Of a stretch of 64,000 bases of DNA, positions 12,295 to 24,790 are shown one piece after another. This stretch comes from Eledone cirrhosa (lineage: Eukaryota). Every line of letters starts with the position of its first letter. Positions within the stretch are counted from its first letter, which is position 1. Under the pieces are notes generated by a model. The model was not told where the DNA came from. It worked only from the letters and a program-made list of their open reading frames with translations, and did no database searches. Location: positions 9,920,001-9,984,000 of the forward strand of contig OZ024755.1 in assembly GCA_964016885.1 (NCBI GenBank). Reading direction: 5' to 3'. The position numbers and the translations under genes were made by a program.

Positions 12295-12610
12295 TCTAGT
12301 GCTGATACCATGATAAAATGCACCCAGTACACCCTGTAAAGTGCTGGAAATGTTGCCATGATAAAATGCATACAATCCAGTCTGTAAAGTGGTAGTGCTA
12401 GTGCCATGAAACATGCACCTAGTAGGTTCTGTAAGGTGGTTTGCATCAGGAAGGGCATCCAGCCATAGAAATCATTTAAAATATTGGACATATGGGCAAG
12501 ATGTGGTTCTCCCGATCATCTCGGACTGTGAGAATCTGGCCAATCTATGTCAATATGGATAGACATTCAATGGTGATGATGATGATGAATATGATGATGA
12601 TGATGATGAT
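12295..12610 (+). mobile_element. SINE-like family D (48-bp internal units, RTE-like tail ending in (GAT)n)
   Basis: catgataaaatgcacccagtacaccctgtaaagtg units, then ggaagggcatccagcc.tagaaa, then gatgatgat tail. Copies at ~7817, 16485, 20370, 23585, 57400, 60140, 62280. Confidence 0.7.
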
Positions 12611-13532
12611 AATAATGAATGATGACTATGATGATGATTGTCCGTGCTCTTGAGAGGAGTTGTAGTGAGCCATACAAACTAACGAAACCAGTCACTTTCT
12701 AGAGTTGTTGCTGTTTACAGTGTTGAACTGTATCGTGTCTTGGTAGTCTATATTCTATAGACTCAGTATGTTGCCTTGATCAGTTGCCAAGTAAATGTCA
12801 TGTATTCTTCATTGGTATTTTTAACATGCAATATATATTATTTGTATTTTAACTTTTAAATATATTATTCACATTTTTTTATGTCTATGCTTTGAGCCAA
12901 ACAATTTGTTGTAAATCTTAATTTTTTTATTCTTTTATTTTTCTTACAATAAAATATACTCTGTAGAGTGCAAGAACGTATGCCCACAATCAAATGCACG
13001 GTTTAGGATATGTGAAAGTATGTCCATGATAATATATACATTTTAGAATGTGTGAAAGTATGTCCATGATAAAATATACTCTGTAGAATGTGTGAAAGTA
13101 TGTCCATGATGAAATACATCCTATAAAATGTGGGAAGGTATGGTCACAATAAAATACACCTTGTAGTGTGTGGTAACTTAATTCATCATTATCATCATCA
13201 CCGTTTAACATCCATTTTCTACACTAGCATATATATGCATAACTTATAAATATAACATTTAAAATATCATATTGATTGTTAATACTTGCCAGTTGTTTGT
13301 AATTAAACTATGGAGTTTTCATGGAGGTCAGTTAGTAAACAATAAAAGTGAGGAAAACTTAATTTTACATAAATGGACATTCCAAATAAATCTACTATTA
13401 TAAATAGATATAGTGTGTTTACAATAGTTTCGAGATGTCAGTTTGTGTTTGATTAGCAACTAAAGAGAACAATGCTGTTATTGTAATATGGCTGTAAATG
13501 TTGTTTTAGCTTATCACATTTACATGAAAAAA

Positions 13533-13815
13533 GGAAAGAAGATGATCATCAGATCAGACAAAGAAAACAATGTTTTCATTGGTCTGACTATTACTGATGA
13601 TATCTGCTGGTAGCAACTCCTGGCAGATGAAAGGAACTGAGTATCAGATCTGACCAAGGAAACAATGTTTCCATTAGTTTTTCTATTGCTGATACTATCC
13701 ATCAGTCACACCTCCTGGCAGAAGAAAGGAGCTGATCATCAAATCTGACTAAGGAAACAATGTGTTCATTTGTTTTTCCATTGCTGATGCTATCTGTCAC
13801 TCACAACTCCAGGCT
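13533..13815. repeat. Diverged tandem repeat (~95-100 bp x3)
   Basis: gatcatcagatc.gac.aaggaaacaatgtt...attgctgat..tatc....ca.ctcctggcag occurs three times. Confidence 0.75.
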
Positions 13816-14239
13816 GAAGTGTCACAGCATTTGGATTGGACTCGGAACACACAGTTAAATCAGACATCACAAATCATCCTGTTGAACTCTTTAATAATTA
13901 CAACTTTAAAAAAAAATGGGATTAAAAAAAATAAAGGGCCTTTAACTCTTGATGGAGTCAGAGGGGTGCCCCGCCCCCCATCCAAATAACTGACTGAATG
14001 GTCATGGCTGGAATGACTTGATCATATATGTGCTTGATCAGGGCTGACCTGGGGTTAAGCAACAACCAATGATATCTCTTAGTTATAAACTTTACCAAAA
14101 GCAATATTGTGGTTCTTGATAGGAACAAGATGTTAAAGAATCTGTCTGATATATGAACCTTCCCTGCAATGTTACCTGCCTGTGGACTCCATCTGTCTGT
14201 CATGTTTTTAATCAGACTATTCCTGTCATACTGCTTCCT

Positions 14240-14404
14240 TATATGTTAACTGTGTTGACGGACTTCTGTCCAAGCCACATTCTTTCAACTCAATCTGTTA
14301 TTTTTCTCACACTCTTCCTTCTCTACATCAATGATTTGCTCACATAACAGCAAGTAAATAATTTAGATAAACATTCATGTACATATGATAACACCCTCCA
14401 CTCC
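14240..14404 (+). mobile_element. CR1/L2-group LINE RT remnant
   Basis: QSVIFLTLFLLYINDLL resembles the GSVLSPTLFLLYINDL motif, followed by a decayed YADD region. Confidence 0.6.
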
Positions 14405-15490
14405 TTAACCCTTTCGTTATCATGTTTCTAATGAAAAACACTCCCTACGGTTTTGAAATAATCCAGAATTTGTAGTGATTTAATAAAATAGCTTTCTCAC
14501 TATTAAGTTCATGTTTGGACCATGACTTAACAAAAGTTCTTACATAGAATTATGGTGGAAGATGGTTTAATATCAAAAGGTTTAGTCTTCTGTGTACATG
14601 AATCATCCATAAGCAAACTACACACCTCATACCTGATTTGCACCATGTCTAAGAATACACAACACAACAAGTGTTTTAAGGGCATCCCCTCACTTGCTAA
14701 AACAAGGGTTAGTCTTGTGGGCTCTGCGACATGGGATTCTTTTGAGGAAAACATTTTACAGCTAGAAGCCCTTTCTGCCACCAACCCTTATGACACATGC
14801 AGTAGTACAATGTATCTATTCTAAACAGGAACATATAGACCTATAAAATATTTTGTTGAAAATATCCTTTCAATGGCATTAAGATGGTCATAACACAAAT
14901 TAAATAACACTGCTCCTGGACTGTATTTTTTCCTTTTTACTTATTGACTTTGAAAGGAAGAAAGGCAAAGTTGACCTTGGTGGGTTTTGAACTCAGTGTA
15001 CAGAGAGCCAGATCAATTACCAAGACATTTATTTTAACACTTTAATGACTTTGCCAATTCACTGCCATCTCATCAACACACATCTAACAATGGTCTTTCA
15101 AGGAAGCCTCATAGCTATAACATATCTTAACTCTTAACATCCTATAATGATTTATATAAAATATAAAAATGTTGATTTGTTTTAGAAGGTTGTTGTTTGC
15201 TTGAAGCATTGTGATAAGTGTAGAAAGCAATTTTTTTTTGTTTTTAGAAGGTTACAGCAATTCAAATAAAACAATAAATATTAAAAATAACAATAACAAA
15301 CGTATTGAAATATTACCTTGGAAATATTTAATTTGTCCTTGATATATTTCAGCAAAAAAATTAAAGGAGCAACAACAGCAGAGAGATATGTGCTTGTTTA
15401 CTATGGGGGAATATTGATTTATATCAAAGACCAATTGAATATTTCCTTATATAACTTTTGTTATTGTTACTTTTAATATTCATTATTTTA

Positions 15491-15671
15491 GGTGAATTGG
15501 CAGTATCGGTAGAGGGTTGGACGCCATGCTTTCTAGCATAGTTACGTCCCTTTACAGTCTGAGTTCAAATCCTGCTGAGGTTAACTTTGCCTTTCATCCT
15601 TACGGGGTCGATAAAATAAAGTACCATTAATGTACTGGGTAATTGCTGGCCTTGTGCCTAAAGTATAAACA
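15491..15671 (+). mobile_element. SINE family A (short subfamily)
   Basis: Full head-to-tail copy with TSD attatttta (15482-15490, 15672-15680). Older copies flank it at ~14935-15067 (-) and ~15695-15820 (+). Confidence 0.9.
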
Positions 15672-16045
15672 ATTATTTTATTTGCATTGCTAAAGCAGTT
15701 GATTTAGTAGAGTCATTAGAGCGTTGGATATATGTTCTGGGTCTTTGGGTTCTGAGTTCAAATCCCACCGAAGTCCACTTTGTCTTTCATCCTGTCAGGG
15801 TGGATAAATAAAGTACCAGCCTAGAAGTGGTGTTGCTTTCAGTTGTCACATTGGGGATCTTCAGTAAGACCAAAGGAAGGAGGGACAGGAGTGTATTTAT
15901 GTCTGTTTGCAACTATATTGACACCTAAAACTTTTACCAAAAGCATAGTACTACCAAGTCATACTCGATTGCAAATGACAGCTGAAGATTTACAATGCTG
16001 TATATAGCTTTCTAAGAAAAAAAAAGTATCCTTTACTTGTTACAG

Positions 16046-16169
16046 TTGAAATTTAATTCTTGTATCGTGCACTAAACTTGAAATAATAAATCACAAACAG
16101 CTATTCAAATTTATTAAGTTCAAATGACAATTTGTCATTAAATATGCAAAACAAAAGCAGGTGCACCAG
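16046..16169 (+). other. Possible internal non-coding / start-codon exon
   Basis: Acceptor ctttacttgttacag| and donor CAG|GTAAGT bound 124 bp of non-repeat sequence. All frames are closed upstream of ATG 16144 (MQNKSRCT..). Confidence 0.2.
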
Positions 16170-17618
16170 GTAAGTTTGAATGATGAAAGTACCGAAACTA
16201 TTGTAGTAATGGTAAAAGAAACACATGAAAGATACCTTATATTAACGGAGTAGTAGTTGTTGTGTGTTTGATGACTGAAGGACTGTTAATGAGATAGGAT
16301 ATCATTTTAGTGTGTATCAGTTTTAGTTGAGGTTCAGTGTGTGTGTGTGTATCAGTTGAAGTTTTGAATGCGTGTATAGCAGGTGCATCATCTCATGCAA
16401 GTAGTTCTACAATGTGGACCACAACTATGTCTTGTGGATCACAAAGCTCATCTTTTATAGTGTAGGTCCCTCAATAAAATGTCCTTGGTCCACTCTGTAA
16501 AATGGTAGTGTTGCTGTCACAAAAAACACACCCAATACACCCTGTAAGGTCGTTGACATTAGGTGGGCATCCAGCTGTAGAAATCTGTCAAATATGGATC
16601 ATAATGAACAAGAAGGGTTTCTTTGACTCATCTGGTCTCAGATCGGAACATCCCATCCAAGCCCCACCAGTATGGAAAGCAGATGTAAGATGATGATGAT
16701 GGTAATGATGATGATATTCCAGCAAACTTTTTACCCTTAACTAGTCACCATTGATTTCAGTCAAACACGAGCATAAATGTGTTTTTTTTTTAATTTATCA
16801 GCTGAGTGAGGCCTCATTGATGTAGGACTACACAAGGTCTGAGGTTGGTCAGCATGTACCCCTTCCTCCAGACTTATCAATCTCTCTGGTCTTGGAGGAC
16901 CTGTAAAGGCCATGGGCACTGTCTCTTCACTCAGACTTACCCCCATCCAAAATAAAAAAATAAAAGAAAAAGCTTATCTTTAGTAGTTTGGATAGGAGAC
17001 TAGTAGAATGCTATGCAGCAGGACTAAACAGAAACAAGAAAAAGGGCCTGTGAAGGCCATGGGCATTGCCTCTGCCTTTCATACCTATCAAATGAATCTC
17101 ATCTTGAGCAGTTTGAAGAGGAACTTAGTACAGTGTTGTACAAACGTTCAGGATGTATTGGTAAAGAGGCGTATAGAGACATACAGAGCTTAGCAAAAGC
17201 TTAATAAATTGGCAGTAAATCTAGGAAATATAGCTGGATATATTAATGTTGAATAAAGAGGTAGGCTGGAAATGTGACAATAGGCTCTAAATGTGGCTGA
17301 CTATTTTCAAAATAGCATTTGATGATGAATATAACACAAGAGTGTTGTTGGTAAGCCATAGAAAAAAGTGTCAAGATTCTTATAACATTTTACATAATGT
17401 GCTAGGAACTATGAATAGATATGGCAATTATACATACATACATCATGGACAGAATATTATGAATACCTTCATAACACAAACTATATAAATACAATAGTAT
17501 TTGCTGACATCAGCTCTTGACAAATAAACAATATTTCAGAAAGTATATGTTGTGGAAATCCATAATGATATTTTTATGGGAAAACTTGTAGCAGATGTGA
17601 GATACTGTATCGGAAACT

Positions 17619-17655
<37 letters not shown>

Positions 17656-18162
17656 CATTCTTTGTGAAAGTCTCTTTTTGACTTTCTCTCTCTCGCCCAT
17701 CTCTCTCTCTCTCCCCCTCTCTCTAATGTTTTTCTGAGGTGGCCTCTGAATATTAAACAGCTATTTACTAACTGCTGCTGTAGTTTGATATTACAAAATA
17801 TATTTAGCAACAAGGAAAGAAGTGCAGTGAATACGATCTTTCTTCAAATGTTATTTCTGTACTACAAAAACACTTGCATTCAACTTAAACTTAACATGTG
17901 CGTGTACACATATGTGTGTGTATGCGTGCAGGTATGTATGTGTGTGTTAAATGTTTCAATGGAATATAAGACTTAATTTTGTTTTTCGCTAAAGACATAT
18001 ATCATAAGTATGTGTATATGGTTCCATAACTCCTGATAGAGTTGTAGGGACGCCATATTGTTATACAGCTTTTCTTGGGCATTTTTAGCCTGGTGGAGCC
18101 CATCACTCTCCAGGCCTGAGTACAACAGATTTCTTTCAGAGAAAGAGATATATATATATATA

Positions 18163-18277
18163 AAAGATGAAAGACAAAGTTGACCTCAGTGGGATTTGAA
18201 CTCAGACAGCAGAGAGCCGGAACAAATACCATAAAGCATTCTATCCGACATTCTAATGACTCTGCCAATTCGCCGCC
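18163..18277 (-). mobile_element. SINE family A 5' part
   Basis: gatgaaagacaaagttgacctcagtgggatttgaactcag...ctgccaattcgccgcc. Confidence 0.8.
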
Positions 18278-18560
18278 TATATCATAAGTATAGGATGACT
18301 TGGTCTGTAATGAGCCATGAAAAAAATGGACATTAAATGATGATGATACCAATTATATATAACTTCTATACTAAAGGTTGTAGATTATTGGACATACTAT
18401 AGGATAGATTGAGGTCTTACTCTATCACCCTATTATGTGTTCCAGACGACAGACTGAGGCCATGCTGGGGCACCACCATTATACTCTAAAGTCACATGGT
18501 AAATGTGTATGACTGAAATTACATCTGTCATTTCTATACTATTAAAATATGGAAATGGAT

Positions 18561-18697
18561 ATATGAGAGTCGACTGGAAAGTTCAAGGATGACCAAGATA
18601 CTCTCATGGAATGACCAAATGAGGTTTATTTTTCAACATAGTTCCTGGAAAGAAACAATGTAGTTACTAATAAGAAGAGTTGAAATTAATGCATGCA
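18561..18697. mobile_element. Mariner-like MITE fragment
   Basis: Closely matches 33306-33470 (gaccaagatactctcatggaatgaccaaatgaggtttat...), whose end is ctttccagctcacccgtgTA. Confidence 0.6.
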
Positions 18698-18700
18698 AGA

Positions 18701-18786
18701 TACAGGGTGTCCCCACAAAAATGTATACACACTTTGATTAGAATGCTGTTGAAGTATGTATACATTTTTTTGAAACACCCTGTGTA
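18701..18786. mobile_element. Tc1/mariner mini-MITE
   Basis: TA-cagggtgtcccc.caaaaatgtatac ... gtatacatttttttgaaacaccctg inverted termini. Confidence 0.75.
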
Positions 18787-18794
18787 TATATATA

Positions 18795-19010
18795 TCATCA
18801 TCATCATCATCATTTTATGTCCGCTTTTCCCTGCTTGCAAGGGTGGGACGGGTCCTATTCAGCACAGCATCTCTCCACTTGTCACGGTCCTTCGTCATCT
18901 CCTCAGTGAGCTTCAGCAACATGTGATGAACATGGAGGATGACCCCTGGGTAAAGAAGTGCCAATAAATCCTAGTAGAAGGAAGACACAGTAGAGGAAGA
19001 CCACGAAAAC
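18795..19010 (-). mobile_element. RTE LINE 3' end with 5' inversion
   Basis: 18917-18795 (-) reads LKLTEEMTKDRDKWRDAVLNRTRPTLASREKRT* plus an (ATG)n tail. 18918-19010 (+) reads HVMNMEDDPWVKKCQ*ILVEGRHSRGRPRK. Confidence 0.8.
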
Positions 19011-19170
19011 ATATATATATATATATATAAGAAATACAAAGACCAAAATCTGAAGAGGGCTCGATAGGGGTTATACATATATATAAAATATATATAAACC
19101 TGTAGAGCAAATATATATATATATATATGAGGCTGTTGTAGCCTGCTGGAAGCATTGTGTTAGTGTATAA

Positions 19171-19336
19171 AGTAGTGTTATTTGAAGGCTATGACAATAC
19201 AAATTGGACAGTAAATTTTGGAATAAGTTGAATGCAATGAAGAAGTTAGTATGTCAACTGTTATAAGCGGTGACACACTAACATCTTAAATCTATCGTCC
19301 ATTTTGCACTGTTCATTGCCTTCGAATAACACTACT
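19171..19336. mobile_element. MITE with 19-bp TIRs
   Basis: agtagtgttatttgaaggc ... gccttcgaataacactact. Confidence 0.7.
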
Positions 19337-19408
19337 GGGACATTCCTGATGATTTCATACAAATGAAACAGTTCTAGTCTTGTAGAAGCTATTTCTATAT
19401 TAAATAAT

Positions 19409-19556
19409 TGTTTCTACTTTTTGGCACAAGTCCAGCAATTCCCAGTACATTACTGGTACTTTATTTTATCGACCCCGTAAGGATGAATGGCAAAGTTATC
19501 CTCGGCGGGATTTGAACTTAGATGATAAAAGGACGTAACTATGCTGGAAAGCAAAC
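19409..19556 (-). mobile_element. 5'-truncated SINE family A
   Basis: 18-bp TSD atttctatattaaataat (19391-19408, 19557-19574). Confidence 0.9.
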
Positions 19557-19756
19557 ATTTCTATATTAAATAATGATGCTTTGCTTACACTCTACTAATG
19601 TACTGAGTACCTTTTTTAACTGTGGTTATCCCCCAATATTACTTGGGATATCGATATAAATATATATATACACACACACAATATATATATATATATATTA
19701 ATAAAAGATCAGAGGTCATATTCAGTTGATTCAGCTTTATTTAAAACTGTTTTATA

Positions 19757-19810
<54 letters not shown>

Positions 19811-19984
19811 ACCATATATGGATTGTGTTATATGCTAAACAAGTGAATAATTCTAATATTGCTTGGCTTATTAACAATAATCTTTTGTTGTTTATCTGTT
19901 ATTCTTCTGGCATATTATCTGGATAATCTGTTTGAGAAGCTGTTGTTATTGGAACAAAGGCTTTGGTGCATAAAAACCAAATTA

Positions 19985-20140
19985 TATTTCAGGAAATTCC
20001 ATTTAATGATGATGTTGATGGTGATGATGTGATAATGATGGTTATGGTGATGATGATGATGTTGATAATAATGAGGTTGATGGTGGTGATGATGATGATT
20101 GTGATGATGGCAATAGTGATGATGTTGATGGTGATGATAG
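19985..20140. repeat. Degenerate (ATG)n microsatellite
   Basis: Direct reading; a second tract lies at 20650-20890. Confidence 0.9.
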
Positions 20141-20144
20141 AGCC

Positions 20145-20312
20145 AAGCAGTATCAGTAGAAAGTCGGGCGTCATGCTTTGCAGCATAGAGTTACGGTTCT
20201 TTATGGTCTGAGTTCAAATCTCGCCGAGGTTAACTTTGCTTTTCATCCTTACGGGGTCGATAAAATAAAGTACCACTGACAAATTGCTGGCCTTGTGCCA
20301 AAAGTAGAAACA
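20145..20312 (+). mobile_element. SINE family A
   Basis: gcagtatcagtag...gagttcaaatctcgccgaggttaactttg...agtagaaacaa. Confidence 0.85.
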
Positions 20313-20369
20313 ATTTTTAGATAGGGTAGAGAGGACCTTTGGTCTTGTTGAGGACATTACAGCTGCCCT

Positions 20370-20655
20370 AGTTTTGATGCCATGATAAAATGCACCCAGT
20401 ACACTCTGTAAAGTGGTAGTGTTGGTGCCATGATAAAATGCATCCAGTACACTCTGTAAAGAGGCAGTGCTGATGCCATGATAAAATACACCCAGTTCAC
20501 TCTGTAAAGTGTTTGCTATTCGGGAGGGATTCCAAGTATAGAAACCATGCCAAAATACGGAATGTATAGGTAAAATGTGGTTATCCAACAATGTCTTGTC
20601 TAGGACTGAAATGACCCGCACAACCCCTGCCAGTATGGAAAACGGACATAAGATG
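20370..20655 (+). mobile_element. SINE-like family D with three 48-bp units
   Basis: catgataaaatgcacccagtacactctgtaaag x3, ending ccagtatggaaaacggacataagatgatg. Confidence 0.75.
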
Positions 20656-20890
20656 ATGATGATGATGGTGAGGATGATGATGATGATGATGATGGTGAGG
20701 ATGATGATAGTGATGGTAATGATGATGTTGTTGATGGTGATGATGATAATGATGATATTGATGATGATGATGATGGTGATGATATAGATGATGATGATGA
20801 TAATGATGTGATGATGATGATGATGGTGATGATAATGGTGTCGATGGTGATGATGATGATGATATTGATGGTGATGATAATGATTATAAT

Positions 20891-21078
20891 TGTTTCTACT
20901 TTTGGCACAAGGCCAGCAATTACCCAGTACATTACTGGTACTTTATTTTATCGACCGCGTAAGGATGAAAGGCAAAGTTAACCTTGACGGGATTTGAACT
21001 CAGACCATAAAGGGACGTAACTATGCTAGAAAGCATGGCGCCCGACTCTCTACCGATACTGTCAATCCACCGCCCTAT
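20891..21078 (-). mobile_element. SINE family A (short subfamily)
   Basis: 16-bp TSD tgataatgattataat (20875-20890, 21079-21094). Confidence 0.9.
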
Positions 21079-21980
21079 TGATAATGATTATAATGATAAA
21101 TGTTAAATGTTAAATATTAATTACATCACAGAATATCTACAATATAATTAAATAATTTACTACGTGTTCTATATTCTTAAATTGACATTATTATATCATG
21201 ACTGGGCTTTACTGAATCTATTTTTTATATAAAAGATACCACCACACATTTGGCTATTCAGAAAACAAAAAACATAAAACATTTCCTTTCCATTTCACCC
21301 ACAAGGAATGCACTACTTTTATTTGGGAAATCCTGGTTTTTCAGCTTTTCTTTTCATATATTCTTTCTTTTTGAACTCCTTTTAGTCTTCCAGCTATTTA
21401 TTTTTTGGCTTCTACACTGATTATATAATGAAGGTCTATAAATAGATTGGTTTTACTTCTTAAGGCAGCTGCACCTAACATTCTTACAATATCAGAGCAC
21501 ATGATTAGAAGACCAAGGCAGAGTTGATGTTCCATCGAAAAGTTATTTTCACCAAGCTAAAACTGCTGTGTGCTACTTGTAAACAAGAAGATAGCAGAGG
21601 AAAATACCCCCATCCTGTAGTAATTAAAACCTAGAAAACTAAAATGAAAGCTTCTCACTTAACTAAAAACAGATTCTTTTGCATTTTGTGTATATAATGT
21701 GCTTAGAGATTCTTGGAAAATTGACAGATACCTTACCAAAATATGTAAACATGCACTAGATGGTGCTTATGGTGGGTTTATTTCAACATTTTATTATTAA
21801 TAAATATGGTTGGAGGAATTTCCACTGACAGCTACATTTCAACATGTCCAGCCCCCCTCTCTCTGTTTGTTTTTCAAAAATTATATGTCATGCTTTTTTT
21901 GGCATGATCTTTATGGTTGGATGCCCTTCTTATCATCAACTACTTTACAGTATGGACTTGTTACATTTTATAATACCATC

Positions 21981-22224
21981 CAGGAGTGGTGGAAGCATTT
22001 CTGAATTGAAGGGGGCCAAATTTGGTCAATTTAATTGTAGTGATTAGTTTAGCTGTTATTATCAAATATCAACCAAGATATAAAAACTTTGATATGCGAT
22101 AAACATAACATGTACATAAATTATAGCGCATATACAAATAGATGTGTGTTTTGGTAGTTTGGGGAGAAAAATTTAATTGTTGGCGGGTGTCCCCCCCTAC
22201 CCCCTCTCAGTTCCACCGCTCTTG
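21981..22224. mobile_element. MITE
   Basis: TIR caggagtggtggaa / ttccaccgctcttg; ccatc on both flanks. Confidence 0.55.
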
Positions 22225-22368
22225 CCATCAGTAGTAGATATGATATCTCCCACAACTCAAATGTCCTTTTCACTTTATATCAGTTTTTATTCAAAGTTAC
22301 TGATATCTTTGATAAGTTGCCTTCACTCGCAGTACATTAACTGCCTTACTGAATTTGATGCTAGTCTT

Positions 22369-22445
22369 AATCTTGTACATGTTTCTGACAAACCACAGAC
22401 TTCCGAGATCAGGCTCTGGTAAATATCTTTCATCAGATCAAGGAC
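22369..22445 (-). ncRNA. Minimal type-I hammerhead-like motif (Penelope-type)
   Basis: Minus strand: ccttg-at-CTGATGA-aa-gata..[stem II]..tgtc-a-GAAAC-AT-GT-A-caag. Palindromic ACATGT stem III; cttg/caag stem I. Confidence 0.45.
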
Positions 22446-22904
22446 CGTGTTGGATGTCAATAACAAGTAATCTGAGGAGAGGTAGTGATGGTTAATGGTA
22501 CAAAAGGGTAATGGTGGAGTATGTTGGGTAGGAACAGATCTGATGCAATCCATCATTATACAGACATTGTGCGGTGGTGAGAGGAGAGAAAGTGAGAGTG
22601 ATAAAATTGTTGGTGGTGGAATTGAACATGGACAGATCCTAGGCCATGCTTTGTTACATGGGTAACATGGTATAGCGAAGAGGAGACTTTACAGGGTGAA
22701 CTGCATGCTTTTCATTATGGCAAAAGTAAAATCACCTTATAGGGCAGAGTACCTTTTGTTGTGGTACCAGTAAGACCACCTTACAGAGTAGATGGGGTGA
22801 TTTTTGTTGTGGTACCAGTAAGATCACCTTACAGGGTGGACGGGGTGCTTTATATTGTGGTACCAGTAAGACCGCCTTACAGGGTGGACAGGATATTTTT
22901 TTGT

Positions 22905-23460
22905 TGTGACAATGGTCAGTTCTTTGTCATCTCCTTCATGAGGTTCATCTTGAAATCAATCATCAGCACTTCATTCTATGTTTTTATAGGTCAACCTCTT
23001 CCACAGATTCAATTCACTTTCAATACCCTGTACTACTTTATACAGCTGTCAATGTCTGTGTGCGTCACATGCCTGTATTAACACAATCTTCTCTCTCGCA
23101 TATTATATGTAATTTTTCTTATATTTATTTTTTATTTCAACTTATTTGTGCTTTACTGTTCATGTACAGTAACATTACACATCCACCAGAGTGTACTCGC
23201 TTCATTTCTTTCTAGTCTTCACAGAGCCTCAACATTCAAGACCCATGTCAAGCTTCTATAAAGCATCATGTATTGTACAAAAGCATTATACAATCTGCTC
23301 TTCACTCTTAGAAACAAACCCTTGGTAGCTAACAGAAGTAGTAGCTCTCTGATCTTTCTCCACTCGCTTCTTACTTGGGCTGCTGTCGTTTGGAAAACTC
23401 AGCCTCACTATTAATTAGATCACCTAGGTAACAGAAGCCATCAAATACTTCTAGTAATCC
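22905..23460 (-). mobile_element. RTE LINE C-terminal fragment
   Basis: LEVFDGFCYLGDLINSE..WRKIRELLLLLATKGLFLRVKSRLYNAFVQYMMLY..TWVLNVEAL*RLERNEASTLWWMCNV. Confidence 0.85.
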
Positions 23461-23954
23461 TTCCAAGTATTCGAAGCAATTTATTTTGCATGTATTTTTC
23501 CGACACTCTGTAATGTGGTTGGTGATCAAACAGAAACAATGTAGGGTAGAGAGGACTCTTCAATCTGGCTTCACATATGACAACCTCTCTAGTGCTTGTG
23601 CCATGATGAAATGTATCCAGTACACTCTGTAAAGAAGTAGAGTTTCCTACGAAAAAATGCACCTTGTGCACCCTGTAAAGTAGTTGATGTTAGAAAGGGC
23701 ATCCAGCTGTAGAAACAATGCCAAATATGGAATGTGTAAGCAAGATGAAGACTCCGATTCATCAAGCCTTGAACCATGGCAGCCTGTTCAACCTATGCCA
23801 ATATGGGAGTGGAAGAAGGTAGACATACATTGATGATATATTTTTATGACTAACTACTCCTGTGCATCTACCACATACAAATTCTACTTCTATTTCAGCC
23901 TGCCTGTGATCCCACTATACTGTATGAAATTTCTCTCTCTTTCTTTTCTACATA

Positions 23955-24181
23955 TTAATCCTTTAGCATTCACATTACTCTATATATACTATTATATTTT
24001 CATGGTAAAGGCTTTACCTCGCATAATATCTCACATAATATTGAATCTATGAGATTTTGAAAGTATTTATTTTGAGAACAATACCTTAACATCAGTATGA
24101 GTGGCCAGTTACAGCCAGTTTCAACAGAAAGAGGTAGAACATTTTGGCCAGTTTTGGTTGGTTTGAACATTAAAGGGTTAA
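23955..24181 (+). mobile_element. piggyBac-like MITE family B
   Basis: TTAA-tcctttagcatt ... aacattaaaggg-TTAA; 8 copies in the window. Confidence 0.85.
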
Positions 24182-24409
24182 GCATGGCCATTTCTCTGAT
24201 GGTAGTAGTATCCTATCTTCTTTGTATGTACTTATGGACCCATAACTTCCAAGGGAGTCATAGGGGCGCTGTATTAATAAGCAGCGTTTCTAGGGCTTTT
24301 TTTAAAAATCAGGCAGAGCCCATCTCATCACCAGGTTTGAATATGACAGATTTCTTCCAGAGAAATGTATATATAGAGAAAGAGTGAGAAAGACATATTA
24401 GAGGAAGAA

Positions 24410-24560
24410 TTGACCCCAGTACTAGACTGGTGCTTTTTTATTGACCTTGAATGGATGAAAGGCAAAGTTGACCTCAGCGGAATTTGAACTCAGAGAACTG
24501 AAACAAATACTGCAAAACATTCTATCCGATGTCTTAACAACTCTGCCAATTTGCCACCTT
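24410..24560 (-). mobile_element. SINE family A (older)
   Basis: ggatgaaaggcaaagttgacctcagcggaatttgaactcag. Confidence 0.8.
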
Positions 24561-24569
24561 CCTATCTTC

Positions 24570-24790
24570 TTTACTAAGTTTAATTTGAGGTATCTTGACT
24601 TTAAGGTTTTGCTTTTAGATCTAGAATTTCTCTAAAATATCTTCTACAGATTTATCAATAAGAACTAGGTCATCAGTATACACAAGTTTCTAAAGACAGC
24701 TGGTCTTTAGCTCCTCTGTTATGGACTAGGGGCCTGAGGACTGGACCTTGATGGCTCCCATTCTCTAAACTAAATTCCTCATTGACTACA
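24570..24790 (-). mobile_element. RTE LINE RT-core fragment
   Basis: HQGPVL...ITEELKTSCL*KLVYTDDLVLIDKSVEDI (decayed YADD motif). Confidence 0.75.

Noticed and set aside
19963-20932. Poly-Met/Ile/Ser ORFs
   Set aside because: Degenerate (ATG)n microsatellites.
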